A stretch of DNA of 64,000 nt from the human T2T-CHM13v2.0 reference genome, Homo sapiens, in NCBI RefSeq assembly GCF_009914755.1, contig NC_060932.1. The stretch is one strand, 5' to 3'. Each line of letters starts with the position of its first letter. Position 1 is the first letter of the stretch. Made by a program: the position numbers and the translations under genes. The notes under the pieces are model-generated. The model had not been told where the DNA came from and searched no databases. It saw nothing but the letters and a program-made list of their open reading frames with translations. Shown here piece by piece: positions 62,201 through 64,000 of the stretch.

Positions 62201-62277
62201 GTGTCCCACCGAGCGTCCTCTATGAGGACCTTCAGGTTTCCTCCTCCTCAGAGGACAGCGATTCTGACCTGGAGTGA
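59267..62277 (+). CDS. FAM90A: FAM90A family protein, 464 aa (copy G8)
   Basis: Exons 59267-59389, 59884-60083, 60542-60650, 61315-62277. Variants R24,P30,I164,P251,L268,T367. Confidence 0.95.
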
Positions 62278-62891
62278 GACTGCAGGTGGCAGGGGCTCCT
62301 TGGCCTCCAGCTCCCGTGACTTGGAGGGGACTGTGGGACTGAGGAGCGCAGAGCAGAGAGCACACTCTGTGCGGTGACTCCGAAGCTCCCAGGCTGTGGC
62401 GCTTCTGTGGATGTGGGAGCCCAGGCCAGGCAGGGAGCAGATGCAGGGACTCTGCCTCATTGAATTCTGGTGAGGGACGTTGTAGTTGGCGTGGTTCTCC
62501 GGAAACGCGCCAGGAAAAGCTTCCGTGCCAGAGATTCGTTGCCTCAGAAACTGCGTGACGCGCAGGAGTCAGACTTCCGCTGGGACGTCAATAGGAAACT
62601 GGGGAATTACTGTGTATTTGCTGTCTAGATGACTGAATAAGGGAAAAGTTAGGGAACCCTGAGAGGTGCAGCCCTTCCGCTGTGCCCCGCCCTGAGAGCA
62701 GTGTTTCGGACGCTGGGAAGCGTGCTGTGCGAAGCGCTCTCGGGGTCTTTCCTCAGCCTCGAAAACTGGGCTCTGGAATGCCTTTGTACATATGTGTGTT
62801 TAATGGGTTTTGAAGTGAATAAAATTCTCAAAAAGATGACATATTGTCTTTTGACTCTCATTCCGTGTTTGTGTGTAACTGATTTTCCAAG

Positions 62892-63925
62892 TGAAGGGGT
62901 GGCCTGCCCCTCCACACCTGTGGGTGATTCTAGTCGGGTGGGATGAGAGACGGAGAAAAGAAATAAGACACAGAGACAAAGTATAGGGAGACAACAGTGG
63001 GTCCAGGGGACCGGCACTCAGCACACCTAGGACCTGCACCGGCACCGGCCTCTGAGTTCCCTCAGTTTTTATTGATTATGATTTTCATTATTTCAGCACA
63101 AAGGAATGCAGTAGGGGAGCAGGGTGATAATAAGGGTAAGGTCAACAACAACAACAACAAAACAAACACGTGAGCAAAAGAATCCATATCATTATTAAGT
63201 TCAAGGGAAGGTACTATGCCTGGACGTGCACGTAGGCCAGATTTATGTTTCTCTCCACACAAATATCTCAGCGGAGTAAAGAATAACAAGGCAGCATTAC
63301 TGCCAACATGTCTCAGCTCCCGCCACAGGGCAGCTTTTCTCCGAGCTCAGAGTTGAACAAATGTACGATCGGGCTTTACACCGAGACATTGAGTTCCCAG
63401 GGGCAAGCAGGAGACAGTGGCCTTCCTCCATCTGAACTGCAAGAGGCTTTCCTCTTTGACTAATCCACCTCAGCACAGACCCATTGCGGGTGTCACGCTG
63501 GGGGACAGTCAGGTCTTTCCCATCCCACGAGGCCATATTTCAGACTGACACATGGGGAGAAACCTTGGACAATACCCTGCTTTCAAGGGCAGAGGTCCCT
63601 GTGGCTTTCCACGGTGCATTGCACCCGTGGTTTATTGAGACTGGAGAATGGCAATGACTTCTACCAAGTATACTGCTCGTAAACATTTGGTTAACAAGGC
63701 GCGTCCTGCACAGCCCTAGATCCCTTAAACCTCGATTTTATACAGCACAGGTTTTGGTGAGCTCCAAGTTGGGTCAAAGGAAGGGGCTGCGGCAAAGCTA
63801 CAAATGATCAACATCTCAGCAAAGCAATGGTTTAAACTACAGGTCTTTTTCAAAATGGAGTCTCTTGTGTCTTCCCCTTCTAGATAGACACAGTGGCAGT
63901 CTGATCTCTCTTTCTTTACCCTACA
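62892..63925 (-). mobile_element. Solo HERV-K(HML-2) LTR5A-like (most diverged copy, 1,034 bp)
   Basis: Same termini and TSD. +1 nt in the internal (CAA)n tract and many private SNVs. Confidence 0.93.
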
Positions 63926-64000
63926 TCCAAGGGCTTGAACATATCTTGACTTGTTGGCAATCCAAATCGTTACGTCTCCGAAACAGAGTTGACTGAGGGG

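Larger units (their letters stand above)
1..64000 (+). repeat. Tandem macrosatellite / segmental-duplication array of FAM90A units, period 7,648 bp (last full period 7,653 bp), ~8.4 copies
   Basis: The 327-aa ORF recurs at 105, 7753, 15401, 23049, 30697, 38345, 45993, 53641 (step 7,648) and 61294 (step 7,653). Sequence at 1 (aggaccgcctgtcgatactg) recurs at 7649 and 38241. Units differ only by scattered SNVs and tiny indels. Confidence 0.99.

Noticed and set aside
1-64000. CRISPR array, rDNA, D4Z4/DUX4 or USP17 macrosatellite
   Set aside because: No repeat-spacer structure, rRNA, homeodomain ORF or USP domain; the unit encodes spliced FAM90A.

Overview
This window is human-type primate genomic DNA made up entirely of a head-to-tail tandem array (macrosatellite). 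The period is 7,648 bp, and the last full period is 7,653 bp; about 8.4 units are visible. I recognise it as a FAM90A gene cluster of the kind found in the 8p23.1 segmental duplications. Each unit carries four parts. (i) A + strand FAM90A gene with four coding exons (123+200+109+963 nt) encoding a 464-aa protein with a TAF1-like C-X2-C-X4-H-X6-C zinc knuckle; its third coding intron is GC-AG. (ii) A poly(A) signal. (iii) An antisense solo HERV-K(HML-2) LTR, LTR5A-like, 1,033 bp, with a TCCAAG target-site duplication. (iv) A compact promoter with a perfect DUX4-type motif (TAACCTAATCA), paired-homeodomain sites and a TATA box. Eight complete gene copies (G1-G8) and one 5'-truncated copy (G0) are present, and all have open reading frames. 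The most interesting signals are: the DUX4/PRD-homeobox promoter repeated in every unit; a TATA-box variant (TATAAAA vs TATGAAA) that splits the copies 4:4; signs of a divergent, spliced antisense transcript ending in the LTR poly(A) site; and mosaic units with divergence rising toward the right end. Individual paralog numbers cannot be assigned from sequence alone.
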